The notes: generated from the letters alone by a model not told the origin. A stretch of 62,004 bases of DNA from Candidatus Levybacteria bacterium RIFCSPHIGHO2_01_FULL_36_15 (GCA_001782015.1 MFNJ01000048.1:1-62004); one strand, 5' to 3'. Numbered from the stretch's first letter, positions 33,742 through 43,292 are shown. Made by a program: numbers and translations.

Positions 33742-34827
33742 TTAGTATTGTTTCCAGGTTAAGTATTTAGCCAAAAGCTTCTGTGAATTAAGGTTAAAAG
33801 ATTTAATGCCGTATTTGGCAAAACCTAAATCCAAAAGCCTTGCAGAAAGAAGATCTCTTTCAAATATGTCAGAAGTCCCCAGTAAAACAACCATTATCCT
33901 TCTGTCTTCTCTTTGGGAAAGAGTAACCATTGTTGTACCTGCATCTCTGCTGTTACCAATCTTCACTCCTTCAATGCCAGGATAAACATTTAAAAGTCCA
34001 TTCCAATTGTAAAGGTTAAACTGCTTGTGATTGCTATCGGCTTCCAAAAACTGATAGTCCTTTTTAACAATTTTAGCAAATAATGGGTAAGTTAACGCGT
34101 AATGTGAAAGAACAGCCAAATCTTCTGCGCTGCTGAAATTTTCCTTGCTGTCAAAACCCTGGGGGTTTGCAAAGTGCGTATTTGAAAGACCTAAAATCTT
34201 TGCTTTTTCGTTCATGCTTTTTATAAAAATATTCTCACCGTATCTTTTATTTAACTCTTCTTTTATAACCTCTGTAGCGTCATTGGCAGAAGTAAGCAGG
34301 GAAGCGTTTAATAGTTCTTCCAGTGTCATTTTTTGACCCGGAACGACTCCAATTTTAGTGGGTATCTGATCTGCTGCATTTCGGGAAACTTCAAAAACAT
34401 CCGTAGGGCTTGCAAGATCAAGAGCAACAATAGCAGTCATAATCTTTGTGAGGGACGCAATTGGCACTTTTTTGGAAATCTTCCTTCCGGATAGTACTTC
34501 TCCGGTATCATAATTTACCACAAGATAAGAAAGAGTCTCAGGGTAAGAAACATCAGATATCTGATAGGGAAGGACAACCTCTTTTTGTTTCAGTTTAAAC
34601 TGGTTTACATTTTTAAGAAGTTTAGGTTTTATTGTCTCAATAAGATTCTCACTTTTGTAGCTTACTTTTTCTTGTGAGAGAAAAAATGATTTCGGTAGCC
34701 TGATCCCTATATGTTGGACAGAAACCATAAAAAATATTGCCAAAAAACCTATCCAAAATCCTTTTAAGTCAAATGAAGAAAATTCGATTGCTTTAAAATA
34801 CCCTTTTATTTTTCGCATACACCTCAA
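33742..34827 (-). CDS. Serine-type D-Ala-D-Ala carboxypeptidase (peptidase S11), membrane anchored; second copy
   Basis: It has a TM helix, SxxK (ASLTKIM), SxN (TSAND) and a KxG variant (VKIGNS). Confidence 0.8.
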   Translation of the reverse strand: MRCMRKIKGYFKAIEFSSFDLKGFWIGFLAIFFMVSVQHIGIRLPKSFFLSQEKVSYKSENLIETIKPKLLKNVNQFKLKQKEVVLPYQISDVSYPETLSYLVVNYDTGEVLSGRKISKKVPIASLTKIMTAIVALDLASPTDVFEVSRNAADQIPTKIGVVPGQKMTLEELLNASLLTSANDATEVIKEELNKRYGENIFIKSMNEKAKILGLSNTHFANPQGFDSKENFSSAEDLAVLSHYALTYPLFAKIVKKDYQFLEADSNHKQFNLYNWNGLLNVYPGIEGVKIGNSRDAGTTMVTLSQREDRRIMVVLLGTSDIFERDLLSARLLDLGFAKYGIKSFNLNSQKLLAKYLTWKQY

Positions 34828-35112
34828 ACAGTTTTTTTAGGCTGAAATACAAAAATATCTGTCAGAAATTTCTTTTCTATGAATTTAAATTTTTCAGGGA
34901 AAGTTGAGAAAAATAACATCCGCAAGTTGTTGAAGAATATAAACCAAACTTGCAACTCCTACTCTAGCAAAATTATAATAATCTGTCAAGAATCAAATTA
35001 TGAAGTTATCATCAAAAAACAATAAGAGAAAAGTAAGAAAATTAAATCGGGATCAAATCAGAAAAGATATATAGAAAATATACAAGTGGAGTATTGAAAA
35101 AGCTTTAACAAT

Positions 35113-37380
35113 CTACAAAAATAAACTTACCTTTTTTTTGAATATTTGAAGAACAGGAATGAACTTTGTTTTAAGCAAAAATAACAAGTATACTAATGGA
35201 ATAATAACTATAAGCCAGGCAAGATTGATTTTTATATTTTTTGTTTTGGATTGAATCTTTGCTGCGCCAAAATCCGCACTCTTGATTCCCGCAACTGCAA
35301 CATAGGAATTGGGAGCAGCATTGTAAACAAGCGAGTTTTTACTTCCGGAAGTATTATTTGTATTTACCGGATTAAAAAGGATCGAAGAAGCATTATTTTT
35401 ACTTTCCGAAGCAACGAAGTTAGAGGATGGCTGATTTGACGATTTACCAGTGCTGTTATTTTGACTTTCATTAGTAGAAGAAACAGTATTGTCAGCAGTG
35501 TCTGAATTCTGTGAAGAACTATCAGTAGAAGAAGTATTTGTGTCTTTTGTGGCTCCCGGAGGAAGAAAATCTCCCACCCAACTGCCAAATACGTTGACAA
35601 CTGTAACCAGAAGCTTTCCCCCACCTGTAATATTATTGTTTACAAAATTGACAAGACTGGCAATAACGTGGGCATCACCGGTTTGAATATAAGATGTACC
35701 CCCCGTATTGTCATTTGCAGAATTTTCTCCGGTACTGGCAGAAAGATTAATGTTGTTATTTATCTTTGCGTTATTCGTTTGACTGACTGTATTACTATCT
35801 GACTGGCTGGAGGAAGCATTGTTTTCAGAACCTGAAGAATTGCCGGAATTTACCGCTGTCACGTCACCGTTTCCATTAACGCTAAACTGTGTACCGGCTG
35901 AGGCGGCATAACTTGATCCGGCAGGACTACCCACAATTTGCCCGATCCACTGGCCAGCTTTGTTCACTATCACAAGCCAGATGTTTCCTCCATCAATATT
36001 TGAATTGGCAACATTAAGAGTTTGCGCATCAACTGTTGCGCTTCCTGTTTTAACAACAGAATCTCCCCCTGTATTTGCAGATGTATTATTGTCTCCGGTT
36101 GTTGCCAGCAGATTGAGATTATTTTGGATATTTGCCTCATTATTTTGTAGTGTTGTATCAGTTGCAGATGTAGAAGCATTGGCGCTGTTGGAAGAAAACG
36201 AACCGTTTGCCGAATTTTGAGCCGAAGTATTTGTTGACGTACCACTGCAATTGCCGCAGGAGTCAAACGAACTTGCAGGAAGTACTATATCTCCTGTTAA
36301 ATTTCCATAAACATTAACTACTCCCACAGCCACATTTCCGGTAATGTTATTGTTTAAAAAAGTTAAGGCGTTTCCGGAAACATTCGCATCACCAGTTTGA
36401 ACCACAGAATCTCCCCCCGTATTTTTACTTGAGTCATTTTTACCCGAGTCAGCCATAAGAATCAAGGTGTTCTCAACAGTTCCATCGTTACTCTGAAAGG
36501 TATTATTATTTGTAATATTGGAGCTTTCTGCCGTGTTAGTGGAGTCTGATCCGTTTGCAACATTGCCGGCAGAAACAGTACCGTTTGCACATCCGGAAAT
36601 ACAGTTTGCTCCATAATCCAGAACCAAGTTGCCTTTCTGATCATCCACAACGTTAAACTCTGAAACTGAAACGCCGGACAAATTTGTGTTTGCCGCAGTA
36701 ATGATAGTTCCTGATATATTGGCATTTCCGCTACTGATAAAAGAATTTCCTACATTGCCGGATGCTGTATTACCTCCGGTTACGGAAGATTTGTTTAAGT
36801 TATTTGAAATATCAGCGGCATTTTGCTGAACAGTTGAGGAATTACTTGTTGAGTCTGCCAAAGCACTGTTTGTTGAAAAAGAGCCGTTCTCTGAATTTGC
36901 AGCCTGGACACCGGAAGAGTTATTGCCGCCTGGCGTATTAGAATCTGAGCCTGCCGTTTGATTGCCGTTAGTATTTGTATTTGTAACTGTTGTTAGAACT
37001 CCTGTATTGGTTACATTGCCTGTTTTTACAGCTATATCCCCAACTGCCCCTTCAGGCACAGTGGAATTATTTGTTTGCGATTGAGTTTGTTGAGTCTGAT
37101 CATGTGGAGCAGAAGTTTCAGCTGGAGACGTAGTACTATTATTATCGCTTGTAGAATCTGATGCTGGAGGCGTTGAGGACGGAGCAGTAGGAGCGCTTGG
37201 CGCAGGCGCGGGATCTGAGGGAGCAGAAGGAACGGATGGTGCACTTGGGGCAGATACGGCGGATGGAGCAGTAGGAGCAGACAGAATAACATCTTCTGCG
37301 TTTACAGATAAGATGTTTACAAAAAACAGACAAACGATTGTAAGTAATGTTATATATTTTTTAATCCTCATGTTCAACAT
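35113..37380 (-). CDS. Secreted, C-terminally membrane-anchored repeat protein (PAPS-rich linker plus 3-4 N/S/T/G-rich modules); family unknown
   Basis: It has a signal peptide (…NILSVNA) and the linker APTAPSAVSAPSAPSVPSAPSDPAPAPSAPTAPS. The core TG.N....NTGGDSVV.TGDA.V recurs, each copy followed by a hydrophobic segment (VAVGVVNVYGNLTGDIVLP; IWLVIVNKAGQWIGQIVGSP; LLVTVVNVFGSWVGDFLPPG). A C-terminal TM helix closes the protein. Confidence 0.7.
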   Translation of the reverse strand: MLNMRIKKYITLLTIVCLFFVNILSVNAEDVILSAPTAPSAVSAPSAPSVPSAPSDPAPAPSAPTAPSSTPPASDSTSDNNSTTSPAETSAPHDQTQQTQSQTNNSTVPEGAVGDIAVKTGNVTNTGVLTTVTNTNTNGNQTAGSDSNTPGGNNSSGVQAANSENGSFSTNSALADSTSNSSTVQQNAADISNNLNKSSVTGGNTASGNVGNSFISSGNANISGTIITAANTNLSGVSVSEFNVVDDQKGNLVLDYGANCISGCANGTVSAGNVANGSDSTNTAESSNITNNNTFQSNDGTVENTLILMADSGKNDSSKNTGGDSVVQTGDANVSGNALTFLNNNITGNVAVGVVNVYGNLTGDIVLPASSFDSCGNCSGTSTNTSAQNSANGSFSSNSANASTSATDTTLQNNEANIQNNLNLLATTGDNNTSANTGGDSVVKTGSATVDAQTLNVANSNIDGGNIWLVIVNKAGQWIGQIVGSPAGSSYAASAGTQFSVNGNGDVTAVNSGNSSGSENNASSSQSDSNTVSQTNNAKINNNINLSASTGENSANDNTGGTSYIQTGDAHVIASLVNFVNNNITGGGKLLVTVVNVFGSWVGDFLPPGATKDTNTSSTDSSSQNSDTADNTVSSTNESQNNSTGKSSNQPSSNFVASESKNNASSILFNPVNTNNTSGSKNSLVYNAAPNSYVAVAGIKSADFGAAKIQSKTKNIKINLAWLIVIIPLVYLLFLLKTKFIPVLQIFKKKVSLFL

Positions 37381-37429
37381 ATTTTTTAATTTATTAAATA
37401 TTTATAATTTTGAATAATTTCATTTTCTG

Positions 37430-37472
37430 GAGGCGGATGTCTTGCTGAAGTGAAACAATAAACATCCACCTC
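37430..37472 (-). promoter_or_regulatory. Intercistronic hairpin between the two repeat-protein genes
   Basis: The 11-bp stem (GAGGTGGATGT/ACATCCGCCTC on the minus strand) is fully paired only in the minus-strand RNA, through one G-U pair. The loop is 21 nt and no U-tail follows. Confidence 0.35.
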
Positions 37473-37485
37473 ACAGAAATTTGGT

Positions 37486-38709
37486 CTAATGGTGTAGGAA
37501 GCCCAATAGTCCTCCTAAATCAAAACTGAGATCTAGTTGGACGTCATGTGGAAAACTAACACCAGTACCGAAAAGATTTACATTACCAGTATTTCTTACG
37601 TCAGTATCTGACCTGGCATTACCGGTAAGTATCACTGTTGGATCGCCTACTGCTGGGCCGGTATTTCTGTTGGCATAATTTTTTCCGGTCTTGGCATCGG
37701 CATCTACGTCATTGTATATATCAAGCTCATTGTCTTGGAAGACTGAATTTGAATCAACAAGGTATGCCGTAATATCATTAGTAGAATTTGATCCGTTACC
37801 GGAAATTTTTGCAGAAATATCTGTCAAACATCCGCAATTTAAATCTGCTGCGTTGAAGTTTGCAAGATTCCTGACATCAACATTCGTACGGGCATCGCCA
37901 GTAGCAATTACAACGTCTCCTCCTGTATTATCATTAGCATTATTGCGTCCAGTTTTAGCATTGGCGTCAACATAATTCATTATGTACGCGTCGTTGTCCT
38001 GAACTAAAGTCCTGGAAACATCATGATTTAAATCTATGGAGTTATCGCTGTAGGAACCGTTTCCTGAAATAGTCGCATCCAGAGATCCCTGACTTCCATC
38101 TCCACTGCCTATTTTTGCCACATTCGCATTGGCCGCATTTCTAACATCCACATTGGATGTTGCATTACGTGTTACAATTGTGACATCTCCACCTGTATTT
38201 CTGTTAGCGTCATTTTTGCCTGTATAGGCATTTGAGTCAATATCATTTGTTATATCCGCCTTATTATCTTGAAATACTGAGGTGTCTGAAGAATTATCAA
38301 GTTCAACTGAATTATCGGAATACGATCCGTTGCCTGAAATATTTACTCTTATATCAGTATTACAACCGTTACAATTATCTAAATCTGCTTTATTAAGATT
38401 AACTTCGGTAGTAACATCCACCTTGGAACGAGCATCTCCCGTGGAGATTAATACATCTCCATTTGTATTGTCATTCGCGGAGTTTCCGCCTGTTGACGCA
38501 TTGGAATCTATGTCGTTACTTATTGTAGCATCGTTACTTTGTACCACAGTTGTGGTGTGGTCTACGGTAACGTTTGCTGTGTTTGTTGAGGATGATCCAT
38601 TACCAGAGAGTGTTATTTTTGTATCGGCAAGTGCAACTGGTGCAAAGGTATTTAAAAGCATTGCTCCTGTTGCTGCTACTGTTATTATTTTTCTAGTTAT
38701 GTTTAACAT
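37486..38709 (-). CDS. Secreted repeat protein, four ~90-aa modules; paralogous to modules of 35113-37380; family unknown
   Basis: It has a signal peptide (…APVALA). SGNGS occurs at aa 35, 125, 215 and 303. Each copy is followed by V.Q.N.A.I.ND(I/V)D(S/A)NA.TG.N.AN.NTGGDV.I.TG(D/N)AR..VDVRN. A strong SD GGAAGGAGGTGA precedes the gene. Confidence 0.75.
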   Translation of the reverse strand: MLNITRKIITVAATGAMLLNTFAPVALADTKITLSGNGSSSTNTANVTVDHTTTVVQSNDATISNDIDSNASTGGNSANDNTNGDVLISTGDARSKVDVTTEVNLNKADLDNCNGCNTDIRVNISGNGSYSDNSVELDNSSDTSVFQDNKADITNDIDSNAYTGKNDANRNTGGDVTIVTRNATSNVDVRNAANANVAKIGSGDGSQGSLDATISGNGSYSDNSIDLNHDVSRTLVQDNDAYIMNYVDANAKTGRNNANDNTGGDVVIATGDARTNVDVRNLANFNAADLNCGCLTDISAKISGNGSNSTNDITAYLVDSNSVFQDNELDIYNDVDADAKTGKNYANRNTGPAVGDPTVILTGNARSDTDVRNTGNVNLFGTGVSFPHDVQLDLSFDLGGLLGFLHH

Positions 38710-38756
38710 ATTTTCACCTCCTTCCGTTTTAATAATTTTCTCTTAATGAGAACACT

Positions 38757-38888
38757 TCTTACACATAATAGAAATGCTTATTTAAAATAGAATGAGGAAT
38801 TTGTAAGAGTTTGGTAAATGTAAGCATTATTACAGATAAAAATAATTATTAAATTCAAATTATTGTGTAAGAATTTTATTTACTTACA
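38757..38888. repeat. Five copies of TGTAAG (either orientation) in the upstream region of the repeat-protein operon
   Basis: The copies lie at 38757-38765 (tcttacaca), 38802-38808, 38819-38825, 38864-38872 (tgtgtaaga) and 38883-38888 (cttaca). The first and fourth form a 9-bp inverted repeat. Confidence 0.4.
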
Positions 38889-39124
38889 AAAAATAGCATT
38901 TACAAAATTAAAAGCGAGCAAGCATATTCTTCTTAGACAATCCAATTTAACCTTTTCCTCAAGCAAGGTCACGTTACGCTCAAAAATTTATTTGCGGGTG
39001 GAATAAGACCAAGTTGTGAACCTGTTCTGTATGAAGATAGATTTCTGGAAGTTTTTATAATGGTAGGTGCGAAATTATAATTAATTTTAAGAGTTTGGGA
39101 ACCGGAATCAAAGAATATTTTGCT

Positions 39125-39937
39125 TTATTTATTTAAATTAAGAATTGTTTTTCCTTTGGCTATTTCTCCAATTTTTAACCTGAGATTTTTATCATTATCA
39201 TTTATGGGAAAACCCAATCTTGTATCTTTTGTGGAAATTGCCTGTATTTCAACTGGATCGTTATGAATATCAGCGGCAAACCAGTCGTTTTTGTTATTTG
39301 AAGAAAGCCTGACATAATCTCTTGCGTTAACCTGGAAATTCTGGTTACTACCGTTTTTTAATTTCAGATTAACTATTAAAAAAGTTTTCCCTTTAACAGC
39401 TCTTGCGATTTGCCCTCTGACAACTATTTCATCCTGAATTTCAACAGATTCTATGGAGTATTTAATTGTTAAATCCTGCCCGTTTATGCTTTTTATACTA
39501 AATGCAAATTCTTTATTTATCTGCTGCTTTGACTTTGGACCGGGAATCTGAACTCTATTATCAGATACTCCAAAACTTAAAACATTTGTTCCTATAAAAC
39601 CATTCAAGGCACTCATCCTACCGGCTAAAAAAGATGAAAGCAGAAGTAGTACCGCTAAAATAGACAATAAGAATTTTTTAGTTATTAACTTGAAAAGGAG
39701 AAAGTGTTTAACGTTTGATTTTCTTTTTTCATTTACGGCAGGATTTGTAAGAGGATGTGATTGCGAATTAACATATGGTTCGCTCCGCCAGTTAGCAGAC
39801 TGTGGAGAAGATGAAGCTAGTAAATTATCGGAAACATCAGGTTTATTCAGCCCAGTATGATTGAATTTTGAGGAAGAAAAAAAATATATTGGCTTTAGAA
39901 AAATACTTAAAATATATCTGTTAATAAATGCTTTCAT
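39125..39937 (-). CDS. Membrane-anchored protein with DUF4352-like Ig-fold domain
   Basis: A central TM helix is followed by the C-terminal pattern VRGQIARAVKGKTFLIVNLKLKNGSNQNFQVNARDYVRL, which is typical of DUF4352. This was assigned from memory. Confidence 0.55.
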   Translation of the reverse strand: MKAFINRYILSIFLKPIYFFSSSKFNHTGLNKPDVSDNLLASSSPQSANWRSEPYVNSQSHPLTNPAVNEKRKSNVKHFLLFKLITKKFLLSILAVLLLLSSFLAGRMSALNGFIGTNVLSFGVSDNRVQIPGPKSKQQINKEFAFSIKSINGQDLTIKYSIESVEIQDEIVVRGQIARAVKGKTFLIVNLKLKNGSNQNFQVNARDYVRLSSNNKNDWFAADIHNDPVEIQAISTKDTRLGFPINDNDKNLRLKIGEIAKGKTILNLNK

Positions 39938-40494
39938 ATTTTACTGCTAATATACATTATATTAATTGTTGTATTTTTTTCCGTCGTCCTTTTAGAAATT
40001 TCCACATTTATTTGATTTTTTCCATCAGAGGCTACCAGTTTATTAAATGTGTTGTCTTTTGTCTGTTTTTTAACTGATTTCTGAATAGTCATATTCAAAT
40101 TTTGCAGTTTTTTCTTATACCAATTTGTTATTACATTTATATTATCTCCGCTTTGCAAAACCATTGCATTATTACTTCTGTCAACCAAAACGGATCCTTG
40201 ATATTTAAAGCCGGAAAGATATTTAGAAAAATCAGATGCAATAATACCAGTTGATTTAGACATTAAGGAAATATTCGTGTAATTTAACGCATAAGAAGCA
40301 GAGAATTCATCGCTTTCTAACTTTATTATTTTCAGCTTACGGGAGAAAAGAATGGCAGATGCCAACACAATCAAAACAATAAATAAAGACATTTTAACTT
40401 TCATGAATAAACTTTCTTTAGCTACTAATCTATTATCTGGATATAAGAAGCAAGCAAAAAAAATGTAAGAAAAAAGAAAGAAAAGAAATGACAA
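39934..40494 (-). CDS. Hypothetical membrane-anchored protein
   Basis: It has an N-terminal TM segment and no recognisable motif. Its stop overlaps the start of 39125-39937 (ATGA). Confidence 0.5.
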   Translation of the reverse strand: MSFLFFLFSYIFFACFLYPDNRLVAKESLFMKVKMSLFIVLIVLASAILFSRKLKIIKLESDEFSASYALNYTNISLMSKSTGIIASDFSKYLSGFKYQGSVLVDRSNNAMVLQSGDNINVITNWYKKKLQNLNMTIQKSVKKQTKDNTFNKLVASDGKNQINVEISKRTTEKNTTINIMYISSKI

Positions 40495-40498
40495 TCTA

Positions 40499-40831
40499 TT
40501 AAAATATTTTTTGGAGAAAAAAATTTATTATGGAAAGAACAAGGCTAAAAAGGAGCGCCCACCCAAAATTATCTACCTTAAAGTTTGAAACTATAGCGCT
40601 TACTAGAAGAATTATAGCCGCATTAATAATTAATGTAAAAAGCCCCAACGTCAAAATATTTATTGGTAGAGTTAAAACGAGCAAAACTGGCTTGACAGTA
40701 ACATTAATTATACCAAGAATTAATGCAACTATTAGGGCTGTTAAAAAATCCTTAACGTGAACACCTGGTAGTAAGTATGCAGTTACCAAAACTGCAGCTC
40801 CGCTTATTACCCAGCTAATCAATAAACTCAT
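40499..40831 (-). CDS. DUF360 / phage-holin-4_2 family membrane protein (YvlD-like)
   Basis: The 110-aa protein has four TM segments, with the characteristic LPGVHVKDF and PINILTLGLFTLIINA blocks. Confidence 0.7.
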   Translation of the reverse strand: MSLLISWVISGAAVLVTAYLLPGVHVKDFLTALIVALILGIINVTVKPVLLVLTLPINILTLGLFTLIINAAIILLVSAIVSNFKVDNFGWALLFSLVLSIINFFLQKIF

Positions 40832-40903
40832 ATTCTAGATAATACTAAGATTTCACCACTAAATCAAGAATGCTCAGAGAATCCATCATCTTGATTCACC
40901 TTT

Positions 40904-41035
40904 TTTATAACTGGGTACAACAAGAAGTAGCCATATGGAAAGAAGAGCAAAAGGAATCATGTCTGAAGGTATGATTCTGTTTAAAATCAGAAGCACAAAT
41001 TCTGCGATTATCAGTACCACAAGAAAACGCTTCAT
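40904..41035 (-). CDS. Possible unannotated 43-aa peptide (N-terminal TM helix, Cys/Ser/Thr-rich tail)
   Basis: SD GGGAGGTG lies 8 nt upstream of the ATG at 41035. The translation is MKRFLVVLIIAEFVLLILKQNHTFRHDSFCSSFHMATSCCTQL. Confidence 0.3.
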
Positions 41036-41151
41036 TTCTTCTACACCTCCCAGACAACTATATTCTGTCGAGAAATAATGATAATAATGTAAGATGACTG
41101 TAAGAGGAATGTAATTAAATGTGCAATAGTATTTGGGAATATTTTAAATTA

Positions 41152-41649
41152 TTAGCGGGAAGATTTTTTTACTACTTTTGCTATATTAATAATCTCTCTG
41201 AGCTCTCCGTCTTCGCCCTCAATAACATTTGCACCCGACAATCTTTGGTATTCCTGTAAATAATCAGACAACTCCGTCTGAAGTTCTTTAATATCGGACT
41301 TCATATTCTTTATCTGGTTGGCAACTGTCATGACTGTGGGACGTCTCAAGATTTGCTGCCGAGTCTCTGCTTTTACTTTATTTGCTTCCTTGGCTTTTTC
41401 CGAGTGATCGGCAAATGTAGGATCATTTAAGAATATGCTATCAAGCGTTTCTTTATGTTTTTTTATTTCTATATACAATCTCTCTATGCTGGAAATATGA
41501 CTTTTAATTGAATCTTCAAGATTTACGAGTACTACACCGTTATTTTGAGTTGTGCCGGAAGCTTGTGAATCAACAATTTCTCCCTCCTGAATTTTATCGT
41601 CAATGTTTGGCTCATCCATATTCTTTAAACTACTATACAAAAATTTCAC
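41152..41649 (-). CDS. Hypothetical coiled-coil protein
   Basis: The 165-aa protein is charged, with heptad-like segments, and has no recognised motif. Confidence 0.5.
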   Translation of the reverse strand: MKFLYSSLKNMDEPNIDDKIQEGEIVDSQASGTTQNNGVVLVNLEDSIKSHISSIERLYIEIKKHKETLDSIFLNDPTFADHSEKAKEANKVKAETRQQILRRPTVMTVANQIKNMKSDIKELQTELSDYLQEYQRLSGANVIEGEDGELREIINIAKVVKKSSR

Positions 41650-41674
41650 TTATTAAATCAAGAGGCATTTTGGG

Positions 41675-41793
41675 CACTTATCCCGTTACGACACGTAGGT
41701 CATCCCGAATTTATTTCGGGATCTCGGATCTAAGATCATCGAGATGCTGAAACAAGTTCAGCATGACGCTTACATGTTTTCAAGGGATAAGTG
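41675..41793. other. Compact multi-hairpin structured element (candidate ncRNA, leader or MITE-like insert)
   Basis: A 10-bp closing helix CACTTATCCC/GGGATAAGTG encloses three hairpins at 41702-41722, 41723-41743 and 41744-41764. The 9-nt direct repeat AGGCATTTT flanks it at 41663-41671 and 41794-41802. Confidence 0.5.
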
Positions 41794-41865
41794 AGGCATT
41801 TTTTATACCTTCAGTTATCAATAGACAAATTTATTAACAGGTGCTAAACTTAAATTATAAAGACA

Positions 41866-43155
41866 ATGAAAATAACAGATATCCGCTCCAGGCAAATACT
41901 GGACTCCAGAGGAAATCCGACAGTTGAAACCGAAGTAAAACTAGAAAACGATATTGTTGGCCGCGCATCAGTTCCCTCAGGTGCTTCAACCGGAAGCAAT
42001 GAAGCAGTTGAATTAAGAGACAAGGACCCAAAAGTGTATGGCGGTCTTGGTGTTTTGACAGCAGTAAGAAATGTGAGTACTATTATTGCTGAAAAAATTA
42101 GGGGTTTTGAGGCGGAAAATCAGGACGTGCTTGACAGCGCACTAATTGATCTTGATGGAACAGTAAATAAAAGCAATCTTGGAGCAAATGCGACTCTCTC
42201 AGTGTCTCTTGCGGCAGCTTGTGCGGCTGCTCTTAACAGTAAATTTCAGCTGTTTGAATACATAGGAAATCTTGCAGGAAACACCAACTATCTCTTGCCT
42301 ATTCCCTTATTTAATATCATAAACGGCGGAAAACACGCGGCTTCATCAACAGACATACAGGAATATATGATTATGCCTATCGGCGCAAAAACTTTTAGCG
42401 ATGCCTTGAGAATGGGATCTGAAGTTTTCCATTGTCTTTCTAAAGTCTTAGCGGAAAATGGATACGCAACAACTGTGGGAGATGAAGGAGGTTTTGCGCC
42501 TCACGTTAAAAATGGAAATAGAGAAGCATTAGATCTTATCAGTGAAGCTATTGTAAAATCCGGCTATAATTTGGGGGTAGATTTGGCTTTTGCTTTGGAT
42601 AGCGCATCATCAGAGTTGTTTGAAGACGGGAAGTATCACCTGGAAACTGAAAAGAGAGAGCTTTCAAGCGAGGAAATGATTGGATGGTATGAAAACCTGG
42701 CAAAATATTATCCGGTTGTCTCAATTGAGGACGGAATCGCTGAAACCCAGTGGCCATCCTGGATTAGCCTGACGGAAAAGCTGGGAAATAGAATCCAACT
42801 TGTGGGAGATGACCTTCTTGTAACAAATACTAAATTCTTAAAACAAGCCATAGATGTAAAAGCAGCAAATGCAATTCTTATTAAGCCTAATCAAATCGGA
42901 ACGCTTACTGAAACAATCAATGCCGTAAAAATGGCAAAAAACGCAGGCTGGAACACAATTATTTCTCACAGGTCGGGTGAGACAGAAGACACAACCATTG
43001 CTCATCTTGCCGTGGGTTTGTCAACCGGGCAAATTAAAACCGGATCGCTTTGCCGCATGGAAAGAATTGCAAAATATAATGAGCTTTTAAGAATAGAAGA
43101 AAAGTTAGGAAATAAAGCCAAATACGCTGAATTCAAAATCCCGCAACTGCTATAA
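41866..43155 (+). CDS. eno: Enolase
   Basis: Motifs are [25 protein letters not shown], the DDL.VTN region and [12 protein letters not shown] ... SHRSGETED. Confidence 0.95.
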   Translation: MKITDIRSRQILDSRGNPTVETEVKLENDIVGRASVPSGASTGSNEAVELRDKDPKVYGGLGVLTAVRNVSTIIAEKIRGFEAENQDVLDSALIDLDGTVNKSNLGANATLSVSLAAACAAALNSKFQLFEYIGNLAGNTNYLLPIPLFNIINGGKHAASSTDIQEYMIMPIGAKTFSDALRMGSEVFHCLSKVLAENGYATTVGDEGGFAPHVKNGNREALDLISEAIVKSGYNLGVDLAFALDSASSELFEDGKYHLETEKRELSSEEMIGWYENLAKYYPVVSIEDGIAETQWPSWISLTEKLGNRIQLVGDDLLVTNTKFLKQAIDVKAANAILIKPNQIGTLTETINAVKMAKNAGWNTIISHRSGETEDTTIAHLAVGLSTGQIKTGSLCRMERIAKYNELLRIEEKLGNKAKYAEFKIPQLL

Positions 43156-43292
43156 TTTCTTCTGCCGTAAGGCAAGCAATACTTAACCCAACAGGAATAT
43201 TGTAATATATAAATGCACCACGGATTATATATGAATATGAAATATTATGGGATCTTGACAACCAAAACGGGAGATTTATACTCTAAGTATAC

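Noticed and set aside
36040-36060. Internal LLATTG in the 755-aa repeat protein as a second sortase signal (coordinates approximate)
   Set aside because: It is not followed by a hydrophobic helix and basic tail. It lies inside a repeat core (ATTGDNNTSANTGG), so it is a chance match to LAxTG.
35251-38746. Many 60-150-aa ORFs on both strands inside the two repeat-protein genes (e.g. 35970-36266, 37032-37292, 37691-37975, 38282-38746)
   Set aside because: They are alternative-frame or antisense readings of low-complexity, repeat-rich coding DNA. They have no independent start signals and overlap long ORFs that have signal peptides and strong SDs.
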